Source: Flavobacteriales bacterium (lineage in GTDB: Bacteria; Bacteroidota; Bacteroidia; Flavobacteriales_E; Vicingaceae). Taken from it: a DNA stretch of 64,000 nucleotides. Where the stretch lies: NCBI GenBank assembly GCA_034112225.1, contig JAWUVT010000077.1:7616-71615 (forward strand). Reading direction: 5' to 3'. A model generated the notes under the pieces. It was not told the origin of the DNA. It worked only from the letters and a program-made list of their open reading frames with translations, and did no database searches. This document shows, one piece after another, positions 19,211 to 28,364 of the stretch (its first letter is position 1; every line of letters starts with the position of its first letter). The translations under genes and the position numbers were made by a program.

Positions 19211-20011
19211 TTTAAAACAAAACACACCAACCGAAGGCGGTTAAAGGCCTTAGACTAACAAACCTTTTTTTGAATATAGTGATAAATTAACACTAACACA
19301 AAAAAAAAACTTTACGATCATTACAAATCCTCAACATCAACAGATGTAAAATTGTAGTTTCTCTTAAAAAAAAGGTGAACAACCGAACAAATACTTAAAA
19401 TTCCTCTATTTAGTTCAAGTTTATAAAATGGAATGACTTCATACTGCTTATTATCAACCTGATAAAAATATGGTTATAAAAATCCAAAAAAAAACACTTA
19501 AAAGACCAATAGCTAAGCAATTTAGCTCAATTTTAATCGCTGTAGAGAATTTTACAAGTTCTAGTTAATGAATTTATTAACTATTTTTAACGATTTACAG
19601 GCCATAGTATAGAGAATGCTAGGCATTAGAAGAGTTGCACTGGAGGGGTTCAACACTCCAAAATAAAGTTTCTTCATAAAGACAGGTGTAAGTTACAGCG
19701 GTAATAAATCTCACAAGAAAGAAATCATTTCATAAGTTCAGTCTTAAATATAAAATTTGACTTTAACCAGTAAGAAAGATAAAAACTACCTTAAAAAAAA
19801 ATGAATACTCAATATCCAACGCTCAACATTCTAAGTATTAAAATGAGAGGAGATTAAAGTATCGATATTCAAAAAGGCTGAACAATGATAAGCGTTTAAA
19901 TACTATTTTTAGTCTTCAAGATTAGACTCACAGTCCTCTTTTGCCTCAATGGTTATTTAAAATGTAGTTTCTGAAACCTTTAAATAAAATTATATGCTTC
20001 AAGGTTCGGTC

Positions 20012-22138
20012 TCAAGAAATTCTTCCCCAATTAATTTTATTTCCAAACAATTGGTTCAAACCCGTTACCAAACGATGATTCTTTTCCATCTCTAAGTTAG
20101 GGTCTTCTTTTAATACCTCTTTCGCGATGTCTCTTGCATGTTGCAAAATTTGGCCATCCTTTACTAAATCTGCAATGTTTAGGTTTAGCAATCCACTTTG
20201 TTGAGTTCCTTGAATATCACCTGGACCTCTTAATTTGAGATCGACTTCACTTAATTCAAAACCGTCATTGGTTTTCACCATGGTTTTCATTCTTAATCTA
20301 CTGTCAGCACTTAATTTATTGCCCGTCATTAAAATACAAAAAGATTGCTCCGCTCCTCTACCTACTCGCCCCCTTAATTGGTGCAATTGAGAAAGTCCAA
20401 AACGTTCTGCACTTTCGATAACCATAACACTTGCATTGGGAACATTTACCCCAACTTCAATTACCGTGGTCGCTACCATAATTTGGGTTTCTCCTTTCAC
20501 AAAACGTTGCATCTCAAACTCTTTATCAGCTGCTTTCATTTGTCCGTGAACGATACTTATGTTATATTTTGGCTTTGGGAATCGTCTATCAATGCTTTCG
20601 TATCCGTCCATCAAATCTTTGTAATCCATGGTTTCAGATTCTTGAATCAAGGGATAGACGATATAAACTTGTCTTCCCTTTTCAATTTCTGCTTCAATAA
20701 ACCCGAAAATCTTTAATCGAGAAGCATCAAAACGATGTATTGTTTTAATCTCTTTTCTACCTGGTGGCAATTCATCAATTACAGAAACCTCTAAATCTCC
20801 ATAAAAAGTCATGGCTAATGTTCTAGGAATTGGAGTTGCCGTCATCACCAAAATATGAGGAGGAGTAACCTTTCCGTTTTCTTTTGGTGTCCCTTTTCTC
20901 CACAATTTAGAACGTTGTTGAACACCAAAACGATGCTGCTCATCAATCACCACAAAACCTAATTTCACAAACTTAACTTTATCTTCTATTAAGGCATGAG
21001 TTCCTATTAAAATATCGAGTTCACCACGCTCTAGTTGTGCATGAATTTCTCTACGTTTTGCTGCTTTAACGGAACCAGTAAGTAACTGAACATTTAAATT
21101 CATTCCTTTTAACAATTCCACAATACCCACAAAGTGTTGGTTGGCTAATATTTCTGTGGGAGCCATTAAGCAGGTTTGAAAACCATTGTCAATAGCAATA
21201 AGCATACTCATTAGAGCAACTATTGTTTTTCCACTTCCTACATCTCCTTGTAACAATCGATTCATGTGATTTCCATAACCGACATCATCTCTTATTTCTT
21301 TCAACACTTTTTTTTGAGCTCCAGTCAATTCAAATGGCAAGTTCTCACTGTAAAACTGATTAAAACACTTTCCAACTCTCTTAAAGGCATGTCCTTTTAT
21401 TTGGTCGGTTTTAATCACTTTTTGGCGAAGGATATTCAATTGCAAGTAAAAAAGTTCTTCAAATTTTAAGCGATAGCGTGCTTTTTTTAAGAGGTGTTCA
21501 TTTTCTGGAGCGTGAACATTCACTACGGCTTTTTCTTTACTAATTAGTTTTAATTCTTCCAAAATTGAGAAGGGCAAGGTCTCCTGAATTTTTCCGCCCA
21601 ATTGAGCTACCAAATTCTTTTGAATTTTGTGAATTCCTTTGGAGTTCAAACTCAACTTGGTGAGCATCTCTGTAGTTGGATAAACGGCTTCTAAGGTTAC
21701 TTTGTTGGCGATTAAGGAACTGTCTACCTCATCCAAATCTGGATGAGCAATGTTATAGCGATTGCTAAATTTTGAGGGTTTCCCGTAAACCACATACTCT
21801 TTACCGATAACAATTGATGAAGCCAACCATTGAACGCCTTTAAACCATACTAACTCAATTTCTCCTGAATCATCTTTTAATGTAGCAACCAATCGCTTTG
21901 CTTTTCGCTCTCCAAAAGTTTTTAGCTCAACAATTTTTCCTCTTAGCTGAATATGAATTTCCTCAGAATTAATTTCAGCCACCTTAACCAATTTCGATTT
22001 ATCAATGTATCGAAAGGGATAATATTGCATGAACTGTCTATAGTTCGCAATCCCCAATTCTTTTCTAAGAAATTCAGCCCGTTTAGGACCAACTCCTTTT
22101 AAGAATTCAATTTTTGTATCTAAAAAATGGTTAGGCAT
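20012..22138 (-). CDS. recG: ATP-dependent DNA helicase RecG
   Basis: Wedge/OB N-terminal region. SF2 helicase motifs GDVGSGKT (Walker A), DEQHRFG (Walker B), MTATPIPRT, and QLHQLRGRVGRG (motif VI). Confidence 0.95.
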   Translation of the reverse strand: MPNHFLDTKIEFLKGVGPKRAEFLRKELGIANYRQFMQYYPFRYIDKSKLVKVAEINSEEIHIQLRGKIVELKTFGERKAKRLVATLKDDSGEIELVWFKGVQWLASSIVIGKEYVVYGKPSKFSNRYNIAHPDLDEVDSSLIANKVTLEAVYPTTEMLTKLSLNSKGIHKIQKNLVAQLGGKIQETLPFSILEELKLISKEKAVVNVHAPENEHLLKKARYRLKFEELFYLQLNILRQKVIKTDQIKGHAFKRVGKCFNQFYSENLPFELTGAQKKVLKEIRDDVGYGNHMNRLLQGDVGSGKTIVALMSMLIAIDNGFQTCLMAPTEILANQHFVGIVELLKGMNLNVQLLTGSVKAAKRREIHAQLERGELDILIGTHALIEDKVKFVKLGFVVIDEQHRFGVQQRSKLWRKGTPKENGKVTPPHILVMTATPIPRTLAMTFYGDLEVSVIDELPPGRKEIKTIHRFDASRLKIFGFIEAEIEKGRQVYIVYPLIQESETMDYKDLMDGYESIDRRFPKPKYNISIVHGQMKAADKEFEMQRFVKGETQIMVATTVIEVGVNVPNASVMVIESAERFGLSQLHQLRGRVGRGAEQSFCILMTGNKLSADSRLRMKTMVKTNDGFELSEVDLKLRGPGDIQGTQQSGLLNLNIADLVKDGQILQHARDIAKEVLKEDPNLEMEKNHRLVTGLNQLFGNKINWGRIS

Positions 22139-22700
22139 TGAGCGATCTTCTTGATTGGTAATATTTACGTCTTTTTAAACTCGAAGACTTCAGTAAAACG
22201 ATTTCATCTACCTCTTCTAAGCCTGTGAGCATTGAAACTTCATGTAGAAAAACTAAGGCTTTATCATAAGCTCCAAAACTCTTTATATTTTCTGGTTTTT
22301 GTCCTTGCAAAATTACATCATATGTTTTATAATTCAGCGAATGCAATCCTGTTCTTGTATATGCATTCTTATTTTCTGAAGATCTTTTAATTCTTACAGA
22401 ATCATATTGCTCAATCTTTCTCCAATGCCCAATTTTTATTCCAAAATATGAATAATAAAGCATTAAGTTTTCTATTTTTTCATCTACACAAATTCCTCCT
22501 TGAGCAATAAATAAAATTTGACCAATAGGAATCGCAATGGTCACAAACACGATGTAATTCCAATTCAAACTATTTATTGACTCCACAGAAATAAGTATTA
22601 ATTGGGCAATTACGAGAAGCAAAGAAGCCAAAATAATTAACAATCCAGGGATAGTAAAAACTCCGTTGTAAGTTTTTCCAATATTTATTTTTTTATTCAT
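22131..22700 (-). CDS. Small membrane protein, unknown function
   Basis: Two to three N-terminal hydrophobic helices followed by a soluble roughly 100-aa tail. Its stop overlaps the recG start by 8 nt, suggesting translational coupling. Confidence 0.55.
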   Translation of the reverse strand: MNKKINIGKTYNGVFTIPGLLIILASLLLVIAQLILISVESINSLNWNYIVFVTIAIPIGQILFIAQGGICVDEKIENLMLYYSYFGIKIGHWRKIEQYDSVRIKRSSENKNAYTRTGLHSLNYKTYDVILQGQKPENIKSFGAYDKALVFLHEVSMLTGLEEVDEIVLLKSSSLKRRKYYQSRRSLNA

Positions 22701-22731
22701 AGCCTAAGACCCTATAAATATAAGAAATAAA

Positions 22732-22765
22732 AAACCCTCAACATAGCGTGTTGAGGGTTTAAAAA
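22732..22765 (-). terminator. Rho-independent terminator after the PDH E2 gene
   Basis: 12-bp stem AAACCCTCAACA / TGTTGAGGGTTT (22732-22743 and 22749-22760) with a 5-nt loop. On the minus strand it is followed by TTTTTATTTCTT. Confidence 0.75.
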
Positions 22766-22815
22766 TTATAAATACACCCCCTCTTTAATTTCTCCTTAAA
22801 GGAATATTTTTAGGG

Positions 22816-24408
22816 TTAAATATTTTGAACACCCAACAATACAACTGGGTTTTCCATGTATTTTTTAAAGTCGTTTAAGAACCTAGAACCTGCAACACCG
22901 TCAACAACTCTGTGATCACAAGATAAGGTTACTTTCATTACGTTACCAGGAACAACCATTCCGTTTTTAACCACTGGTACTTGCTTTGTTCCTCCAATTG
23001 CCAAAATACAAGCGTCTGGAGGGTTTATAATGGCTGTAAATTCTTCAATACCAAACATTCCTAGGTTAGAAATGGTAAATGTACTTCCTTCCCAATCTTC
23101 TGGTTGTAATTTTTTAGCTTTAGCTCTTGCTGCATAATCTTTTACTTCTGCAGAAATTTGGCTTAAGGTTTTACCATCAGCAAAACGAACTACAGGAACT
23201 AATAAGCCATCTTCTACAGCTACAGCTACTCCAATGTTTACGTGCTCGTTGTAACGAATCTTATTTTCTAGCCAAGATGAATTTACTGTTGGATTCTTTT
23301 TTAATGCTCCTGCAACTGCTTTAATAATAATATAATTAAACGATATTTTTACGGGTGCAATATCATTGATAGATTTTCGTGCGGCAATCGCATTGTCCAT
23401 ATCAATGTCCATGGTGAGGTAAAAATGAGGAGCAGTAAATTTACTTTCTCCTAATCTTCTTGCAATCACTTTTCTCATTTGAGAAACGGGTACTTCAGTA
23501 AATTTTTCTACTCCAACTACATTTGGTGTAGTTCCACCTCCCTTATAATTTTCAATATCTCTTTTTATTATTCTACCACCATCTCCAGTTCCGCTCAACA
23601 TCGAAATGTTAATGTTCTTTTCTGCAGCTAATTTTTTTGCTAATGGAGAAATCATTATTCTACCATTACTTGAATTTTGAATAACAGGTGTTGGGGATTG
23701 TGTTTTTACCGCTGCTGATTTTACTGGTGCTGCTATGGCAACAGGTTTTTCTTCGGTTGGAGTTGCTTGCTTTTGATTGCTTGCTTTTAACAAGGTATCA
23801 ATATCAGCATTCTTTTCTCCTATTATCGCTAAAACTTCATCAACTGGAGCACTTCCTCCTGCTTCAATTCCAATGTGTAATAAAACGCCATCTTCAAAAG
23901 ACTCGAATTCCATTGTTGCTTTGTCGGTTTCAATATCTGCTAACAAATCACCTTCACGAACAGTATCTCCCACTTTTTTATGCCATTTTGCTACCACACC
24001 ATCCGTCATGGTATCGCTCAATTTAGGCATTTTGATTACCACGGCATTAATTCCAGAAGTATCTATTCCAGTTTCATTAAGAGGTGCTGCTACTTGAACA
24101 GCTTCTTCTTCTACTTCTTCTTGAGGTTCAGTACCAACACCTTCCTTTAAAAGAGCAGTAAAATCTTCCCCTTCCTCTCCAAATATTGCTAAAATGGTAT
24201 CCACTGGTGAAGCCCCACCTTCTTGCACGCCAATGTGCAACAAAGTTCCATCTAAAAAAGATTCAAACTCCATCGTTGCTTTATCCGTCTCTATTTCTGC
24301 TAATAAATCTCCTTCATTCACCTTATCTCCAATTTTCTTATGCCACTTGGCTACCACACCTTCTGTCATGGTATCACTTAATTTGGGCATTCTAACTATT
24401 TCAGCCAT
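22816..24408 (-). CDS. pdhC: Dihydrolipoamide acetyltransferase (E2 of the pyruvate dehydrogenase complex), two lipoyl domains
   Basis: Two lipoyl-attachment motifs (EIETDKATMEFES and DIETDKATMEFES). Peripheral subunit-binding domain (ISPLAKKLAAEKNINI). Catalytic C-terminal motif SCDHRVVDG. The ORF-track start at 24459 is a TTG; the ATG at 24408 (MAEIVRMPKLSDTM) is the likely start. Confidence 0.93.
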   Translation of the reverse strand: MAEIVRMPKLSDTMTEGVVAKWHKKIGDKVNEGDLLAEIETDKATMEFESFLDGTLLHIGVQEGGASPVDTILAIFGEEGEDFTALLKEGVGTEPQEEVEEEAVQVAAPLNETGIDTSGINAVVIKMPKLSDTMTDGVVAKWHKKVGDTVREGDLLADIETDKATMEFESFEDGVLLHIGIEAGGSAPVDEVLAIIGEKNADIDTLLKASNQKQATPTEEKPVAIAAPVKSAAVKTQSPTPVIQNSSNGRIMISPLAKKLAAEKNINISMLSGTGDGGRIIKRDIENYKGGGTTPNVVGVEKFTEVPVSQMRKVIARRLGESKFTAPHFYLTMDIDMDNAIAARKSINDIAPVKISFNYIIIKAVAGALKKNPTVNSSWLENKIRYNEHVNIGVAVAVEDGLLVPVVRFADGKTLSQISAEVKDYAARAKAKKLQPEDWEGSTFTISNLGMFGIEEFTAIINPPDACILAIGGTKQVPVVKNGMVVPGNVMKVTLSCDHRVVDGVAGSRFLNDFKKYMENPVVLLGVQNI

Positions 24409-24544
24409 CTTTCTCTTGAGTTTAAAAGTTAAAAAGTTAAAAGTGGTTTGGTTTAACAACTCACTTTACTATTTTTCTCAACCTGCTTTATGATCTTATT
24501 CGTTAATAACCAAAAACTAGTCACTAACAACTATAAACTATTTT

Positions 24545-25543
24545 TTAGTCTTTAATAAAAGGGTAATCTGGTTCTGCATAAATATCTTCATACATCGCTT
24601 CAGGAGAAGGAAGTGGAGATTCTTCAGCAAACTGAATGGCTTCAAGAATTTCTTGTTTCACGCCTTCATGAATGGCAGTTAACTCTTTTTGGGAAGCATA
24701 CTTATTCTCTGTAATTATTTTTAAGACTTTGGCAATAGGATCACTATTCGTATATTCTATTTCCTCATCTTTTGTTCTATATTTTCGGGGATCAGACATA
24801 GAGTGCCCTTTAAAACGATAGGTTTCCATCTCTAATAAATAAGGACCTTTACCCTCTCTACAATGTTTTGCTGCTTTTGCTATTGCTTCATGCACCGCTT
24901 CAACATCCATCCCATCAACAGCCTCTCCAGGCATGTCGTAACTCAATCCTATTTTATGTAATTCAGTAACATTAGAGGTTCTTTCTACAGATGTTCCCAT
25001 GGCGTACCTGTTGTTCTCAATAATATAAATTACTGGCAACTTCCAAGTCATAGCCATGTTAAAGGCTTCGTGTAAAGCTCCTTGCCGAACTGCACCATCT
25101 CCCATAGAGCACATGGTTACAGCATCTGTACCTTTAAACTTTTCCGCAAAAGCTAAACCAGCACCTAATGGAATTTGTCCTCCAACAATCCCATGGCCAC
25201 CAAAAACTCTTCTACTCACATCAAACATGTGCATAGAACCACCTTTGCCTTTAGATAAGCCGGTTGTTTTTCCGTACAACTCAGCCATCATGTATTTAAT
25301 TGGAGTTCCTTTACCAATTGGGTGAGCATGACAACGATAAGCTGTTATCATATTATCTTTAGGTTTTGTTGCAGAAACTGCACCTGCAACAACTGCTTCT
25401 TGACCTATATATAAGTGTAAGAAACCACCAAACTTACGTTGAATGTATAGTTGGCTTAATTTCTCTTCGAACTTTCGCATTAAGTACATTGACTTGTACC
25501 ATGCTAAGTACTGCTCTTTTGAAAATTTAGTTTTCTCTGCCAT
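24545..25543 (-). CDS. pdhA: Pyruvate dehydrogenase E1 component, alpha subunit (TPP-dependent)
   Basis: TPP-binding motif GDGAVRQGALHEAFNMAMTWKLPVIYIIENNRYAMGT. The HSMSDP phosphorylation-loop-like motif is typical of heterotetrameric E1 alpha. The likely start is the ATG at 25543 (MAEKTKF); the ORF-track start at 25564 is a TTG. Confidence 0.9.
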   Translation of the reverse strand: MAEKTKFSKEQYLAWYKSMYLMRKFEEKLSQLYIQRKFGGFLHLYIGQEAVVAGAVSATKPKDNMITAYRCHAHPIGKGTPIKYMMAELYGKTTGLSKGKGGSMHMFDVSRRVFGGHGIVGGQIPLGAGLAFAEKFKGTDAVTMCSMGDGAVRQGALHEAFNMAMTWKLPVIYIIENNRYAMGTSVERTSNVTELHKIGLSYDMPGEAVDGMDVEAVHEAIAKAAKHCREGKGPYLLEMETYRFKGHSMSDPRKYRTKDEEIEYTNSDPIAKVLKIITENKYASQKELTAIHEGVKQEILEAIQFAEESPLPSPEAMYEDIYAEPDYPFIKD

Positions 25544-25609
25544 AATTAAAATATTAACGCACAAACTTAAAACAATTAACCATTACATTTCGTGCTTTTA
25601 TTATCCTTT

Positions 25610-26086
25610 TTATTTTAAAAATTCACCATCAAATGCAAATGGTAAAATATCGTTGACCCTTTTAAACTGCCAAACCTTAGAATTTCCTGATTTCATACTC
25701 AATTCAATGGGCTGATTCTGAACAACTTCATATTCCATTAACACTTGTCTACATGCTCCACATGGGGATACTGGAAAGGCTGTAGTTTGGGCTGTTGTAA
25801 TTACAATTCTATCCACTTTTTCATCAGGAAATTGAGATTTTGCTGCAAAAATAGCAACTCGCTCTGCACATAAGCCCGAAGGATAAGCTCCATTCTCTTG
25901 ATTGGTTCCTTTTACAAGTTCTCCGTTAGACAATTGACAAACTGCACTTACCTTAAAATTAGAATAAGGAGCGTACGCATTTTTCAAATTAGAATCCGCG
26001 AGAGTAAACAAATTTTGTAATTCTTCATTTAAACCCTTTGTAGATTCAAATTCTAAGTACTCAATATTCAACAACCTTTTATTCAT
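25610..26086 (-). CDS. cdd: Cytidine deaminase (homotetrameric type)
   Basis: Zinc-binding motifs CAERVAIF and PCGACRQ at the spacing typical of CDA-family deaminases. 158 aa. Confidence 0.9.
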   Translation of the reverse strand: MNKRLLNIEYLEFESTKGLNEELQNLFTLADSNLKNAYAPYSNFKVSAVCQLSNGELVKGTNQENGAYPSGLCAERVAIFAAKSQFPDEKVDRIVITTAQTTAFPVSPCGACRQVLMEYEVVQNQPIELSMKSGNSKVWQFKRVNDILPFAFDGEFLK

Positions 26087-26164
26087 CTATGTAATAATAC
26101 TACTAATTTTATATTACTTTTAAACTTCTATTACTTTCAATAGTCAAACATACCAAAATTAAAG

Positions 26165-26926
26165 ATGAAAAAGAATATTTTAATACTGCTAGTGATAAGT
26201 ACTGTACTGCTTTCTTGTTCTAAAGACGAAGGTGAAGGTGGAAGGTCTTCTATTTCGGGCACTGTAACTGGCATAGAGATTTCTGTGGCTCAAGCTGAAT
26301 CGACTGTAATCATTACAATTCCGGGAGATGAGATTAAAAATCAAGACTTTATCTTATTAAACACTCCTGATACAAATGAGAATTATGCCCTTTGGTTTCG
26401 TAACACCTCTGAAATCGTATCTCCACCAAATTTTTTAGAGAGAAGTCTTATCCAAATTGATTATACCAAAACAACAAGCACCAATATTGATATTGCCACA
26501 AGTATTGAGTCTGCATTAAATTTAATCTCAGAAAATCCTTTTACAGTGAGCAGAATTAATGATATCATTACTGTAACCTGTAACACCAAGGGAACTGTTG
26601 CTGATGGAGATAATGGAATATCTAACTTAGGCGTTGATGTCACCACTCAAGGTGAAAATCAGATCACCTTACAAAGTGGGGCTTTTGCTGATGAAGATGT
26701 TTTTATCATTTACGGGGATAATGATGACATAGCTGATGACAACCTCAAAACAAACTATGATGGGACTTTTAAATTCACCAATTTAAGAAAAGGTTCGTAC
26801 ACCATTTTTGCATACAGTAAAGATGAATCTGCTATCGATAAACCGCTAACTCCCATTTTTGTTTCTACTGATATTAGCGGAAATGAAGAGGCTAATGTTG
26901 GTGCAATTTCCATAGAAAAAAAATGA
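26165..26926 (+). CDS. Lipoprotein, unknown function (CarboxypepD_reg-like strands split by an insert)
   Basis: Lipoprotein signal peptide (VLLSCSKDE). ISGTVTG near the N-terminus and YDGTFKFTNLRKGSYTIFAY near the C-terminus resemble a carboxypeptidase-regulatory-like beta-sandwich. ATGA overlap with the next gene. Confidence 0.6.
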   Translation: MKKNILILLVISTVLLSCSKDEGEGGRSSISGTVTGIEISVAQAESTVIITIPGDEIKNQDFILLNTPDTNENYALWFRNTSEIVSPPNFLERSLIQIDYTKTTSTNIDIATSIESALNLISENPFTVSRINDIITVTCNTKGTVADGDNGISNLGVDVTTQGENQITLQSGAFADEDVFIIYGDNDDIADDNLKTNYDGTFKFTNLRKGSYTIFAYSKDESAIDKPLTPIFVSTDISGNEEANVGAISIEKK

Positions 26927-27687
26927 ATCCAGCGTTAGTAAAGGCATTAAGTGAACTTACCCCCATTTCTTTAAAAGAAATGGATCGAGTAAAGCTGCAA
27001 AATAGAACAGACACCAAGTTTGTTTTTAATGCGGATGTATTGCCAGCGATACTTACAGAGATGGTTCCTTATTATTCTATTCTTGAAATTAAAGAAAACC
27101 GTACCAATAGTTATCAAACACTTTACTACGACACTAAAGATTTTCTAAGTTACATTAGACACCATAATGGTAAAGCAAATAGAATTAAAGTACGATTTAG
27201 AAAGTACATAGAGTCTGAATTGGTCTATTTAGAAGTGAAATACAAAAACAATAAATCACGAACGATAAAGGCCAGAACTAAGACAAAAAATATTGAAGAA
27301 GGGCTTTCTGATTTTTCTAAACAATTTGTTGAAGCGAATTCTTATTCTTTTTTTGATGAGCAAGAAATCATACCCACTTTATGGAATAGCTTTACCCGAT
27401 TAACTTTAGTGCATAAAACAGCAAACGAACGCTTAACAATCGATCTTAATTTAGGGTTTAAATCTTTTTCTGACAATAGAGAAGAACACATTCCTCATAT
27501 TATTATTGCTGAAGTAAAACAAGAAAAGGCCTCGTCTAATTCTGATTTTATTAAAGCCATTAGAAAATACCATATTAGACAAAGTAGTATGAGTAAATAC
27601 TGTGTTGGAACGGCTTTACTTCATAAAGGAATCAAACAAAACAATTTCAAAGAACGTATATTGAAAATTAATAAATTACAAAAATGA
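26923..27687 (+). CDS. VTC domain protein (polyphosphate polymerase / triphosphate-tunnel-metalloenzyme fold)
   Basis: Soluble 254-aa protein with the basic strand pattern of the VTC domain (Pfam PF09359): RIKVRFRKYIESELVYLEVKYKNNKSRTIKAR and, later, IIAEVKQEK. No signal peptide or TM segment. ATGA overlaps with both neighbours. Confidence 0.7.
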   Translation: MNPALVKALSELTPISLKEMDRVKLQNRTDTKFVFNADVLPAILTEMVPYYSILEIKENRTNSYQTLYYDTKDFLSYIRHHNGKANRIKVRFRKYIESELVYLEVKYKNNKSRTIKARTKTKNIEEGLSDFSKQFVEANSYSFFDEQEIIPTLWNSFTRLTLVHKTANERLTIDLNLGFKSFSDNREEHIPHIIIAEVKQEKASSNSDFIKAIRKYHIRQSSMSKYCVGTALLHKGIKQNNFKERILKINKLQK

Positions 27688-28364
27688 TTGACGAATTATT
27701 ACTAAGAATACCAATTTTAGGATCAAAAATAATAGACTTCGATGATTTTTTCGAAATGATTCTCCGCTTTTTAATCAACTTTACGGTTGTGTTTATGTTG
27801 GTAAGAGTTATTTACTATCCCATACATAAACGTAAAGATTATTTAGTTACTTTTTTCTTGATTAACATCCTTATCTTTTTTGTTTGTATTGTGATGAAAG
27901 ATGTTAAAATGAATATGGCTTTTGCTTTTGGTTTATTTGCCATTTTTGGAATATTAAAATATCGTACAGAACAGCTCCCCATAAAAGAAATGACCTATTT
28001 ATTTATGGTTATTGCTATAGCTGTATTGAATTCTTTAGCAGGAAAAAAAATCAGTTTTGCAGAGCTGATGCTAGTCAATGGAACAATCATTCTTGCTACT
28101 TACCTCCTTGAAAGAGTCTTTTTATTAAAACATGAATCGAGAAAATCGATTGTCTATGAAAAAATAGAAAATGTTAAACCGGAAAACCATGCTCAACTTC
28201 TTGCTGATTTAGAAGATCGAACGGGTTTAAGTATTAACCGAATACAGATTGGAAAAATCGATTTTTTAAGAGATACCGTTAAGGTTGTTGTTTATTATCA
28301 TGAGGAGGATCCCTCTAATAGTTTTAATGATTCAAACGGTTTTGTGAGTAATAAAAATGAGTAA
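27684..28364 (+). CDS. DUF4956-family membrane protein (usual partner of bacterial VTC-domain proteins)
   Basis: Four to five TM helices with the conserved-looking GLFAIFGILKYRTEQLPIKEMTYLF stretch, followed by a soluble C-terminal tail. Adjacent to and overlapping the VTC gene, as in the recurrent VTC/DUF4956 gene pair. Confidence 0.65.
   Translation: MIDELLLRIPILGSKIIDFDDFFEMILRFLINFTVVFMLVRVIYYPIHKRKDYLVTFFLINILIFFVCIVMKDVKMNMAFAFGLFAIFGILKYRTEQLPIKEMTYLFMVIAIAVLNSLAGKKISFAELMLVNGTIILATYLLERVFLLKHESRKSIVYEKIENVKPENHAQLLADLEDRTGLSINRIQIGKIDFLRDTVKVVVYYHEEDPSNSFNDSNGFVSNKNE

Noticed and set aside
23688-24493. Several plus-strand ORFs antisense to the E2 gene that share the peptide SNSIVALSVSISANKSPS, which suggested a repeated hidden gene.
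   Set aside because: The repetition is simply the antisense image of the two lipoyl domains of E2, which are about three-quarters identical at the protein level. There is no independent coding evidence.
22816-25564. The absence of an E1-beta gene between PDH E1-alpha and E2 was considered as a possible deletion or novel complex.
   Set aside because: As far as I recall, the pdhA-E2 adjacency with E1-beta and E3 encoded elsewhere is the usual flavobacterial arrangement. lpd is in fact present separately at 49046..50434, so this is not evidence of anything unusual.
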